Shown piece by piece: positions 11,076 to 24,346 of a stretch of 64,000 bases of DNA. This stretch comes from the human T2T-CHM13v2.0 reference genome, Homo sapiens. The stretch lies in NCBI RefSeq assembly GCF_009914755.1, contig NC_060948.1. The stretch is one strand, 5' to 3'. The translations under genes and the position numbers were made by a program. Below the pieces are notes generated by a model. That model was given only the letters and a program-made list of their open reading frames with translations, had not been told where the DNA came from and ran no database searches. Every line of letters starts with the position of its first letter. Position 1 is the first letter of the stretch.

Positions 11076-13746
11076 GGCCTGGAATAAAGTGGAATGCTAC
11101 GGTCTCGAATGGAATAAAAATGTATGGAATGGAATGCAATGAAACGGAATCGAATGTCATAGAATGTAATGGAATGCAAAAAAATGGAATCCAAAATCAT
11201 TGACTGGAAAGGCTGGGTGTCGAAAGGAATTGACTCCAATGGAATGGAATCGAATGGAATGGAAGTGAATAGAATCGAACTAAATCGAATGGAATGGAAT
11301 TGATAGGAACGGAATGGAAAGGAATGCAATGATTTGGCATGGAATGGAATCGAATGGCATCGAATGGAATGGAATGGAATGCAATGGAATGGAATGTATT
11401 AGAATGGAATGAACTTTAATGGAATGTACTCGAATGGATTCGACTGGAATGGAATGTTCTGGAAGTGAATGGACTCCAATGGAATGGATTCAAAAGGAAT
11501 GGAATCGTACGGAATGGAATCTAATGGAATGGAATTAAATGGAAATGAATCAAATTGAATAGCACGGAATTGAATTGAATGGAATGGAATGCAATGGAAT
11601 CTAATGAAACGGAAAGGAAAGGAATGGAATGGAATGGAATGGGCTGGAATGGAAAGGAATCGAAACGAATGGAATGGAATCGAACTGAAGAGACTGGAAT
11701 GGAATGCACTGGAATGGAAGGGAGTGTAATGGAAGGTTCTCGAAAAAAATGGAATCGAATGGAATGGAATTGAATGGAACGGAATAGAGTCGAATGGAAT
11801 TGAATGGAATGGAATGGACTAGAGTGAAATGGAATCGAACCACAAGGAATGGACAGGAATAGAATGGTCTCGAATTGAATGGAATCGTATGGAATGGCAT
11901 CAAACGGAATGGAATGGACAGCCACGGAATGGAATGCACTCGAATGCAATGGAGTCGAAACTAACGGACTGGAATAGAATGGACTCGATTGGTACGGACT
12001 CCAATGGAATGGAATCGAATGGAAGGGAATCGAACGGAAGGGAATCGAACGGAATGGACTCGAAGGGAAAAGACTGCAATGGAAAGGTCTCGAATGGAAT
12101 GGAAATTAATGGAATGGAATGGAATCGAATGAAATGGAGTCAAAAGGAATGGAATCGAATGGCAAGAAATCGAATGTAATGGAATCGCAAGGAATTGATG
12201 TGAACGGAACGGAATGGAATGGAATCCAAAGGAATGGAATAGAATGGAATGGAATCGAATGGAAAGGACTCGAATGGAAATCACTCGAATAGAATGCAAT
12301 TTAATAAAATAGGATCAAATGTAATAGAATGGAATGGAAAGGAATCGAAACGGAAGGAATGGAGACAGATGGAATGGAATGGAACAGAGAGCAATGGTAT
12401 AGAATGGAATGGAATCATCTGGAATGGAATTGAATGGAATGGAATAATATGAAATGGAATGGAATGGAATGGAATGGAATGCCCTTGAATTAAATGGACT
12501 GGACTCGAACAGAGTGGAATGGAAAGTGTTGAGATAGAATGGAATGGACTCCTTTGGAATGGTCTAGTATGCAATGCAATCGACTGGCAGGGAATCAAAA
12601 GGAATGTAATCGAATGGATTGGACTGGAATGCAATGGACTCGAATAGATTGGAAACGGAATGCAAAGGAATGGAATGGAATAGTATGGAATGCAATGGAA
12701 GGGAATGGAGTGGAATAGACTAGAGTGGAATGGAATGGACTGGAAAGCAATGGACTGGAATGGAACTTTCTTGGATGGATGGGAATCAAACGGAATGGAA
12801 TGCAATGCAATCAAATGGCATGGAATAAAATAGAATGAAAGAGAATCAAATGGAATTGAATCGAATGGAATCGAATGGATTGGAAAGGAATAGAATGGAA
12901 TGGAATGGAATTGACTCAAATGGAATGGACTAGAATGGAATGGATTCGAATGGAATGGAATGTCATGGAATGGCATCAAATGGAATGGCATCAAATGGAA
13001 TGGAATCGAATGCAATGGAATGCTATGGAATGGAATGGAATGCATTGGAATGGAATGTCCTCTAATGGAATGGATTCGAGTGGAATGGAATTGAATATAA
13101 TGGAGTCGAATGAAATGGAATTGAAAGGAATGGGATCGAATACAATGGAATATACTGGAATGTAACGTAATGAACTCGAATGTAATTGACTGGAATGGAA
13201 TGTACATGAATGGAATGTAATCGAATGGAAAGTAATCCAATGGAATAGAATCTAATGCAATAAAATCGACTCAGATAGAGTAGAATGTAATGGAATGGAG
13301 TGCAGTGCAATGGAATGGAATGGAATGGAATGCAATGGAATGGAATGGAATGGAATGGAATGGAATGGAATGGAATGGAATGGGATGGAATGGTATGGAA
13401 TGGATAGTAATGGACTGGAGTGAAATGGACTGGAAAGGAATGGACTCAAATTGAAAGGGCTCGAAAGGAATGGAGTCAAATGGAATGGTCTGGAATGGAA
13501 TGAACACGAATGTAATGCAATCCAATAGAATGGAATCGAATGGCATGGAATATAAAGAAATGGAATCGAAGAGAATGGAAACAAATGGAATGGAATTGAA
13601 TGGAATGGAATTGAATGGAATGTGAACGAATGGAGTGAAATTGTATGCAGTAGAAGAGAATAGAATGGAATGCAAGCGAAAGGAAAGGAATGGATTGGAA
13701 TGGAATGGAATTCATTGGAATGGAAGGGAATGTAGTGTAATGGACA
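11076..13746 (+). repeat. Short DYZ1 monomer (2,671 bp), junction at 12946-12955
   Basis: Junction sequence identical to 6727-6736; HaeIII spacing 2671. Confidence 0.93.
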
Positions 13747-16700
13747 GGCCTGGAATAAAGTGGAATGCTACGGTCTCGAATGGAATAAAAATGTATGGAA
13801 TGGAATGCAATGAAACGGAATCGAATGTCATAGAATGTAATGGAATGCAAAAAAATGGAATCCAAAATCATTGACTGGAAAGGCTGGGTGTCGAAAGGAA
13901 TTGACTCCAATGGAATGGAATCGAATGGAATGGAAGTGAATAGAATCGAACTAAATCGAATGGAATGGAATTGATAGGAACGGAATGGAAAGGAATGCAA
14001 TGATTTGGCATGGAATGGAATCGAATGGCATCGAATGGAATGGAATGGAATGCAATGGAATGGAATGTATTAGAATGTAATGAACTTTAATGGAATGTAC
14101 TCGAATGGATTCGACTGGAATGGAATGTTCTGGAAGTGAATGGACTCCAATGGAATGGATTCAAAAGGAATGGAATCGTACGGAATGGAATCTAATGGAA
14201 TGGAATTAAATGGAAATGAATCAAATTGAATAGCACGGAATTGAATTGAATGGAATGGAATGCAATGGAATCTAATGAAACGGAAAGGAAAGGAATGGAA
14301 TGGAATGGAATGGACTGGAATGGAAAGGAATCGAAACGAATGGAATGGAATCGAACTGAAGAGACTGGAATGGAATGCACTGGAATGGAAGGGAGTGTAA
14401 TGGAAGGTTGTCGAAAAAAATGGAATCGAATGGAATGGAATTGAATGGAACGGAATAGAGTCGAATGGAATTGAATGGAATGGAATGGACTAGAGTGAAA
14501 TGGAATCGAACCACAAGGAATGGACAGGAATAGAATGGTCTCGAATTGAATGGAATCGTATGGAATGGCATCAAACGGAATGGAATGGACAGCCACGGAA
14601 TGGAATGCACTCGAATGCAATGGAGTCGAAACTAATGGACTGGAATAGAATGGACTCGACTGGTACGGACTCCAATGGAATGGAATCGAATGGAAGGGAA
14701 TCGAACGGAAGGGAATCGAACGGAATGGACTCGAAGGGAAAAGACTGCAATAGAAAGGTCTCGAATGGAATGGAAATTAATGGAATGGAATGGAATCGAA
14801 TGAAATGGAGTCAAAAGGAATGGAATCGAATGGCAAGAAATGGAATGTAATGGAATCGCCAGGAATTGATGTGAACGGAGCGGAATGGAATGGAATCCAA
14901 AGGAATGGAATAGAATGGAATGGAATCGAATGGAAAGGACTCGAATGGAAATCACTCGAATAGAATGCAATTTAATAAAATAGGATCAAATGTAATGGAA
15001 TGGAATGGAAAGGAATCGAAACGAAAGGAATGGAGACAGATGGAATGGAATGGAACAGAGAGCAATGGTATAGAATGGAATGGAATCATCTGGAATGGAA
15101 TTGAATGGAATGGAATGGAATGCCCTTGAATTAAATGGACTGGAATGGAATGGACTCAAACAGAGTGGAATGGAAAGTGTTGAGATAGAATGGAATGAAC
15201 TCCTTTGGAATGGTCTAGTAGGCAATGCAATCGACTGGCAGGGAATCAAAAGGAATGTAATCGAATGGATTGGACTGGAATGCAATGGACTCGAATAGAT
15301 TGGAAACGGAATGCAAAGGAATGGAATGGAATAGTATGGAATGGAATGGAAAGGAATGGAGTGGAATAGACTAGAGTGGAATGGAATGGACTGGAAAGCA
15401 ATGGACTGGAATGGAACTTTCTTGAATGGACTGGAATCAAACGGAATGGAATGCAATGCAATCAAATGGCATGGAATAAAATAGAATGAAAGAGAATCAA
15501 ATTGAATTGAATCGAATTGAATCGAATGGATTGGAAAGGAATAGAACGGAATGGAATGGAATTGACTCAAATGGAATGGACTAGAATGGAATGGATTCGA
15601 ATGGAAGACAAAGGAATGGAATCTATTGGAATGGACTGTAATGGAATGGAATGGAAGGGATTGGAATGGACTCGAATGGAATGGACTGCAATAGAAAGGA
15701 TTCGAATGGAATGAAAAAGAATTGAATGGAATAGAACAGAATGGAATCAAATCGAATGAAATGGAATGGAATAGAAAGGAATGGAATGAAATGGAATGAA
15801 AAGGATTCGAATGGAATGCAATCGAATGGAATGGAATCGAACGGAATGGAATAAAATGGAAGAAAACTGGCAATAAATGGAATCGAAATGAATGGAGTGT
15901 TATGGAACGGACTCAAAAGGAATTGAATGTAATAGAATGGAGTGGAGTGGACTCGAATATAATGGACTGGAATGGAATGAAATCACATGGAATGGGAACG
16001 AATGGAATGGAATGGAAAGGAATGGAATCGAATGGAAAGGAATCGAATGGAGGGAATGAAATTGAATCAACAGGAATGGAAGGGAATAGAATAGACGGTA
16101 ATGGAATGGACTCGAATAGAATGGACACGAATGCTCAAATTGAATGGACTCGAATGGAATGGAAACGAAAGGAATGTCATCGAATGGAATTGAATCGATT
16201 GGAATGAAATCGCATAGAATGGAGTGGAATCAAATGGAATTGAATCGAAAGGAAAGGAAGCGAATGGACTGAAATGAAATGGAATGGAATTGAATGGAAA
16301 GTAATGCAATGGAATAGAATGGAACGAAATTTCACGGAATGGAATCAAACTGAATGGAATCAAATCAATGGAATCAAATCAAATGGAATGGAAAGGAATT
16401 GAATGGAGTAGATTGGATTGGATGGGATTGGAATGAAATGTACTGGAAAGGACTCGAATTTCATGAAACGGAATGGAATGAATTGGAACGGAATGGACTC
16501 GAATGGAATGGAATGTCATGGGATGGCATCAAATGGAATGGCATCAAATGGAATGGAATCGAATGCAATGGAATGCTATGGAATGGAATGGAATGCATTG
16601 GAATGGAATGTCCTCTAATGGAATGGATTCGAGTGGAATGGAATTGAATATAATGGAGTCGAATGAAATGGAATTGAAAAGAATGGGATCGAATACAATG

Positions 16701-19700
16701 GAATATACTGGAATGTAACGTAATGAACTCGAATGTAATTGACTGGAATGGAATGTACATGAATGGAATGTAATCGAATGGAAAGTAATCCAATGGAATA
16801 GAATCTAATGCAATAAAATCGACTCAGATAGAGTAGAATGTAATGGAATGGAGTGTTGTGCAATGGAATGGAATGGAATGGAATGCAATGGAATGGAATG
16901 GAATGGAATGGGATGGAATGGTATGGAATGGATAGTAATGGACTGGAGTGAAATGGACTGGAAAGGAATGGACTCAAATTGAAAGGGCACGAAAGGAATG
17001 GAGTCAAATGGAATGGTCTGGAATGGAATGAACACGAATGTAATGCAACCCAATAGAATGGAATCGAATGGCATGGAATATAAAGAAATGGAATCGAAGA
17101 GAATGGAAACAAATGGAATGGAATTGAATGGAATGTGAACGAATGGAGTGAAATTGTATGCAGTAGAAGAGAATAGAATGGAATGCAAGCGAAAGGAAAG
17201 GAATGGATTGGAATGGAATGGAATTCATTGGAATGGAAGGGAATGTAGTGTAATGGACAGGCCTGGAATAAAGTGGAATGCTACGGTCTCGAATGGAATA
17301 AAAATGTATGGAATGGAATGCAATGAAACGGAATCGAATGTCATAGAATGTAATGGAATGCAACAAAATGGAATCCAAAATCATTGACTGGAAAGGCTGG
17401 GTGTCGAAAGGAATTGACTCCAATGGAATGGAATCGAATGGAATGGAAGTGAATAGAATCGAACTAAATCGAATGGAATGGAATTGATAGGAACGGAATG
17501 GAAAAGAATGCAATGATTTGGCATGGAATGGAATCGAATGGCATCGAATGGAATGGAATGGAATGCAATGGAATGGAATGTATTAGAATGGAATGAACTT
17601 TAATGGAATGTACTCGAATGGATTCGACTGGAATGGAATGTTCTGGAAGTGAATGGACTCCAATGGAATGGATTCAAAAGGAATGGAATCGTACGGAATG
17701 GAATCTAATGGAATGGAATTAAATGGAAATGAATCAAATTGAATAGCACGGAATTGAATTGAATGGAATGGAATGCAATGGAATCTAATGAAACGGAAAG
17801 GAAAGGAATGGAATGGAATGGAATGGGCTGGAATGGAAAGGAATCGAAACGAATGGAATGGAATCGAACTGAAGAGACTGGAATGGAATGCACTGGAATG
17901 GAAGGGAGTGTAATGGAAGGTTCTCGAAAAAAATGGAATCGAATGGAATGGAATTGAATGGAACGGAATAGAGTCGAATGGAATTGAATGGAATGGAATG
18001 GACTAGAGTGAAATGGAATCGAACCACAAGGAATGGAGAGGAATAGAATGGTCTCGAATTGAATGGAATCGTATGGAATGGCATCAAACGGAATGGAATG
18101 GACAGCCACGGAATGGAATGCACTCGAATGCAATGGAGTCGAAACTAATGGACTGGAATAGAATGGACTCGACTGGTACGGACTCCAATGGAATGGAATC
18201 GAATGGAAGGGAATCGAACGGAATGGACTCGAAGGGAAAAGACTGCAATGGAAAGGTCTCGAATGGAATGGAAATTAATGGGATGGAATGGAATCGAATG
18301 AAATGGAGTCAAAAGGAATGGAATCGAATGGCAAGAAATCGAATGTAATGGAATCGCAAGGAATTGATGTGAACGGAACGGAATGGAATGGAATCCAAAG
18401 GAATGGAATAGAATGGAATGGAATCGAATGGAAAGGACTCGAATGGAAATCACTCGAATAGAATGCAATTTAATAAAATAGGATCAAATGTAATAGAATG
18501 GAATGGAAAGGAATCGAAACGGAAGGAATGGAGACAGATGGAATGGAATGGAACAGAGAGCAATGGTATAGAATGGAATGGAATCATCTGGAATGGAATT
18601 GAATGGAATGGAATAATATGAAATGGAATGGAATGGAATGGAATGGAATGCCCTTGAATTAAATGGACTGGAATGGAATGGACTCGAACAGAGTGGAATG
18701 GAAAGTGTTGACATAGAATGGAATGGACTCCTTTGGAATGGTGTACTATGCAATGCAATCGACTGGCAGGGAATCAAAAGGAATGTAATCGAATGGATTG
18801 GACTGGAATGCAATGGACTCGAATAGATTGCAAACGGAATGCAAAGGAATGGAATGGAATAGTATGGAATGGAATGGAAAGGAATGGAGTGGAATAGACT
18901 AGAGTGGAATGGAATGGACTGGAAAGCAATGGACTGGAATGGAACTTTCTTGAATGGACTGGAATCAAACGGAATGGAATGCAATGCAATCAAAAGGCAT
19001 GGAATAAAATAGAATGAAAGAGAATCAAATGGAATTGAATCGAATGGAATCGAATGGATTGGAAAGGAATAGAATGGAATGGAATGGAATGGACTAGAAT
19101 GGAATGGATTCGAATGGAAGGCAAAGGAATGGAATCTATTGGAATGGACTGTAATGGAATGGAATGGAAGGGATTGGAATGGACTCGAATGGAATTGACT
19201 GCAATAGAAAGGATTCGAATGGAATGAAAAAGAATTGAATGGAATAGAACAGAATGGAATCAAATCGAATGAAATGGAATGGAATAGAAAGGAATGGAAT
19301 GAAATGGAATGGAAAGGATTCGAATGGAATGCAATCGAATGGAATGGAATCGAACGGAATGGAATAAAATGGAAGAAAACTGGCAAGAAAGGGAATCGAT
19401 ATGAATGGAGTGTTATGGAACGGACTCAAAAGGAATTGAATGTAATAGAATGGAGTGGAGTGGACTCGAATATAATGGACTGGAATGGAATGAAATCACA
19501 TGGAATGGGAACGAATGGAAAGGAATGGAAAGGAATGGAATCGAATGGAAAGGAATCGAATGGAAGGGAATGAAATTGAATCAACAGGAATGGAAGGGAA
19601 TAGAATAGACGGTAATGGAATGGACTCGAATAGAATGGACACGAATGCTGAAATTGAATGGACTCGAATGGAATGGAAACGAAAGGAATGTCATCGAATG

Positions 19701-22700
19701 GAATTGAATCGATTGGAATGAAATCGCATAGAATGGAGTGGAATCAAATGGAATTGAATCGAAAGGAAACGAAGCGAATGGACTGAAATGAAATGGAATG
19801 GAATTGAATGGAAAGTAATGCAATGGAATAGAATGGAACGAAATTTCACGGAATGGAATCAAACTGAATGGAATCAAATCAATGGAATCCAATCAAATGG
19901 AATGGAGTAGATTGGATTGAATGGGATTGGAATGAAATGTACTGGAAAGGACTCGAATTTCATGAAACGGAATGGAATGAATTGGAACGGAATGGACTCG
20001 AATGGAATGGAATGTCATAGAATGGCATCAAATGGAATGGCATCAAATGGAATGGAATCGAATGCAATGGAATGCTATGGAATGGAATGGAATGCATTGG
20101 AATGGAATGTCCTCTAATGGAATGGATTCGAGTGGAATGGAATCGAATATAATGGAGTCGAATGAAATGGAATTGAAAGGAATGGGATCGAATACAATGG
20201 AATATACTGGAATGTAATGTAATGAACTGGAATGTAATTGACTGGAATGGAATGTACATGAATGGAATGTAATCGAATGGAAAGTAATCCAATGGAATAG
20301 AATCTAATGCAATAAAATCGACTCAGATAGAGTAGAATGTAATGGAATGGAGTGCAGTGCAATGGAATGGAATGGAATGGAATGCAATGGAATGGAATGG
20401 AATGGAATGGAATGGAATGGAATGGAATGGAATGGGATGGAATGGTATGGAATGGATAGTAATGGACTGGAGTGAAATGGACTGGAAAGGAATGGACTCA
20501 AATTGAAAGGGCTCGAAAGGAATGGAGTCAAATGGAATGGTCTGGAATGGAATGAACACGAATGTAATGCAATCCAATAGAATGGAATCGAATGGCATGG
20601 AATATAAAGAAATGGAATCGAAGAGAATGGAAACAAATGGAATGGAATTGAATGGAATGGAATTGAATGGAATGGGAACGAATGGAGTGAAATTGTATGC
20701 AGTAGAAGGGAATAGAATGGAATGCAAGCGAAAGGAAAGGAATGGATTGGAATGGAATGGAATTCATTGGAATGGAAGGGAATGTAGTGTAATGGACAGG
20801 CCTGGAATAAAGTGGAATGCTACGGTCTCGAATGGAATAAAAATGTATGGAATGGAATGCAATGAAACGGAATCGAATGTCATAGAATGTAATGGAATGC
20901 AAAAAAATGGAATCCAAAATCATTGACTGGAAAGGCTGGGTGTCGAAAGGAATTGACTGCAATGGAATGGAATCAAATGGAATGGAAGTGAATAGAATCG
21001 AACTAAATCGAATGGAATGGAATTGATAGGAACGGAATGGAAAGGAATGCAATGATTTGGCATGGAATGGAATCGAATGGCATCGAATGGAATGGAATGG
21101 AATGCAATGGAATGGAATGTATTAGAATGTAATGAACATTAGTGGAATGTACTCGAAAGGATTCGACTGGAATGGAATGTTCTGGAAGTGAATGGACTCC
21201 AATAGAATGGATTCGAAAGGAATGGAATCGAACGGAATGGATTCTAATGGAATGGAATTAAATGGAAATGAATCAAATTGAATAGCACGGAATTGAATTG
21301 AATGGAATCGAATGCAATGGAATCTAATGAAACGGAAAGGAAAGAATGGAATGGAATAGAATGGGCTGGAATGGAAAGGAATCGAAACGAATGGAATGGA
21401 AGCGAACTGAAGAGACTGGAATGGAATGCACTGGAATGGAAGGGAGTGTAATGGAAGGTTCTCGAAAAAAATGGAATCGAATGGAATGGAATTGAATGGA
21501 ACAGAATAGAGTCGAATGGAATTGAATGGAATGGAATGGACTAGAGTGAAATGGAATCGAACCACAAGGAATGGACTGGAATAGAATGGTCTCGAATTGA
21601 ATGGAATCGTACGGAATGGCATCAAACGGAATGGAATGGACAGCCACGGAATGGAATGCACTCGAATGCAATGGAGTCGAAACTAATGGACTGGAATAGA
21701 ATGGACTCGACTGGTACGGACTCCAATGGAATGGAATCGAATGGAAGGGAATCGAACGGAATGGACTCGAAGGGAAAAGACTGTAATGGAAAGGTCTCGA
21801 ATGGAATGGAAATTAATGGGATGGAATGGAATCGAATGAAATGGAGTCAGAAGGAATGGAATCGAATGGCAAGAAATCGAATGTAATGGAATCGCAAGGA
21901 ATTGATGTGAACGGAACGGAATGGAATGGAATCCAAAGGAATGGAATAGAATGGAATGGAATCGAATGGAAAGGACTCGAATGGAAATCACTCGAATAGA
22001 ATGCAATTTAATAAAATAGGATCAAATGTAATATAATGGAATGGAAAAGAATCGAAACGGAAGGAATGGAGACAGGTGGAATGGAATGGAACAGAGAGCA
22101 ATGGTATAGAATGGAATGGAATCATCTGGAATGGAATTGAATGGAATGGAATAATATGAAATGGAATGGAATGGAATGGAATGGAATGCCCTTGAATTAA
22201 ATGGACTGGACTCGAACAGAGTGGAATGGAAAGTGTTGAGATAGAATGGAATGGACTCCTTTGGAATGGTGTAGTATGCAATGCAATCGACTGGCAGGGA
22301 ATCAAAAGGAATGTAATCGAATGGATTGGACTGGAATGCAATGGACTCGAATAGATTGGAAACGGAATGCAAAGGAATGGAATGGAATAGTATGGAATGC
22401 AATGGAAGGGAATGGAGTGGAATAGACTAGAGTGGAATGGAATGGACTGGAAAGCAATGGACTGGAATGGAACTTTCTTGGATGGATTGGAATCAAACGG
22501 AATGGAATGCAATGCAATCAAATGGCATGGAATAAAATAGAATGAAAGAGAATCAAATGGAATTGAATCGAATGGAATCGAATGGATTGGAAAGGAATAG
22601 AATGGAATGGAATGGAATTGACTCAAATGGAATGGACTAGAATGGAATGGATTCGAATGGAAGGCAAAGGAATGGAATCTATTGGAATGGACTGTAATGG

Positions 22701-24346
22701 AATGGAATGGAAGGGATTGGAATGGACTCGAATGGAATGGACTGCAATAGAAAGGATTCGAATGGAATGAAAAAGAATTGAATGGAATAGAACAGAATGG
22801 AATCAAATCGAATGAAATGGAATGGAATAGAAAGGAATGGAATGAAATGGAATGGAAAGGATTCGAATGGAATGCAATCGAATGGAATGGAATCGAACGG
22901 AATGGAATAAAATGGAAGAAAACTGGCAAGAAATGGAATCGAAATGAATGGAGTGTTATGGAACGGACTCAAAAGGAATTGAATGTAATAGAATGGAGTG
23001 GAGTGGACTCGAATATAATGGACTGGAATGGAATGAAATCACATGGAATGGGAACGAATGGAATGGAATGGAAAGGAATGGAATCGAATGGAAAGGAATC
23101 GAATGGAAGGGAATGAAATTGAATCAACACGAATGGAAGGGAATAGAATAGACTGTAATGGAATGGACTCGAATAGAATGGACACGAATGCTCAAATTAA
23201 ATGGACTCGAATGGAATGGAAACGAAAGGAATGTCATCGAATGGAATTGAATCGATTGGAATGAAATCGCATAGAATGGAGTGGAATCAAATGGAATTGA
23301 ATCGAAAGGAAAGGAAGCGAATGGACTGAAATGAAATGGAACGGAATTGAATGGAAAGTAATGCAATGGAATAGAATGGAACGAAATTTCACGGAATGGA
23401 ATCAAACTGAATGGAATCAAATCAATGGAATCCAATCAAATGGAATGGAGTAGATTGGATTGAATGGGATTGGAATGAAATGTACTGGAAAGGACTCGAA
23501 TTTCATGAAACGGAATGGAATGAATTGGAACGGAATGGACTCGAATGGAATGGAATGTCATAGAATGGCATCAAATGGAATGGCATCAAATGGAATGGAA
23601 TCGAATGCAATGGAATGCTATGGAATGGAATGGAATGCATTGGAATGGAATGTCCTCTAATGGAATGGATTCGAGTGGAATGGAATCGAATATAATGGAG
23701 TCGAATGAAATGGAATTGAAAGGAATGGGATCGAATACAATGGAATATACTGGAATGTAATGTAATTAACTGGAATGTAATTGAATGGAATGGAATGTAC
23801 ATGAATGGAATGTAATCGAATGGAAAGTAATCCAATGGAATAGAATCTAATGCAATAAAATCGACTCAGATAGAGTAGAATGTAATGGAATGGAGTGCAG
23901 TGCAATGGAATGGAATGGAATGGAATGCAATGGAATGGAATGGAATGGAATGGAATGGAATGGAATGGAATGGAATGGAATGGGATGGAATGGTATGGAA
24001 TGGATAGTAATGGACTGGAGTGAAATGGACTGGAAAGGAATGGACTCAAATTGAAAGGGCTCGAAAGGAATGGAGTCAAATGGAATGGTCTGGAATGGAA
24101 TGAACACGAATGTAATGCAACCCAATAGAATGGAATCGAATGGCATGGAATATAAAGAAATGGAATCGAAGAGAATGGAAACAAATGGAATGGAATTGAA
24201 TGGAATGGAATTGAATGGAATGGGAACGAATGGAGTGAAATTGTATGCAGTAGAAGAGAATAGAATGGAATGCAAGCGAAAGGAAAGGAATGGATTGGAA
24301 TGGAATGGAATTCATTGGAATGGAAGGGAATGTAGTGTAATGGACA

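Larger units (their letters stand above)
4494..16850 (+). repeat. Tandem duplication of a 6,219 bp dimer (2,671 bp deleted monomer + 3,548 bp monomer), ~2 copies; ends approximate
   Basis: Constant offset of 6219 between homologous landmarks: 4857/11076, 6727/12946, 7528/13747, ORFs 10135/16354. Confidence 0.88.
1..19485 (+). repeat. Six-monomer higher-order repeat, period 1 (phase set by window start)
   Basis: Position 1 context and its private variants (GAATGGAAAGGAATGGAAAGG, TGCTGAAATT, GGAAACGAAGC) recur at 19486. The ORF track repeats with offset 19485 (15 vs 19500; 1637 vs 21122). Confidence 0.93.
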
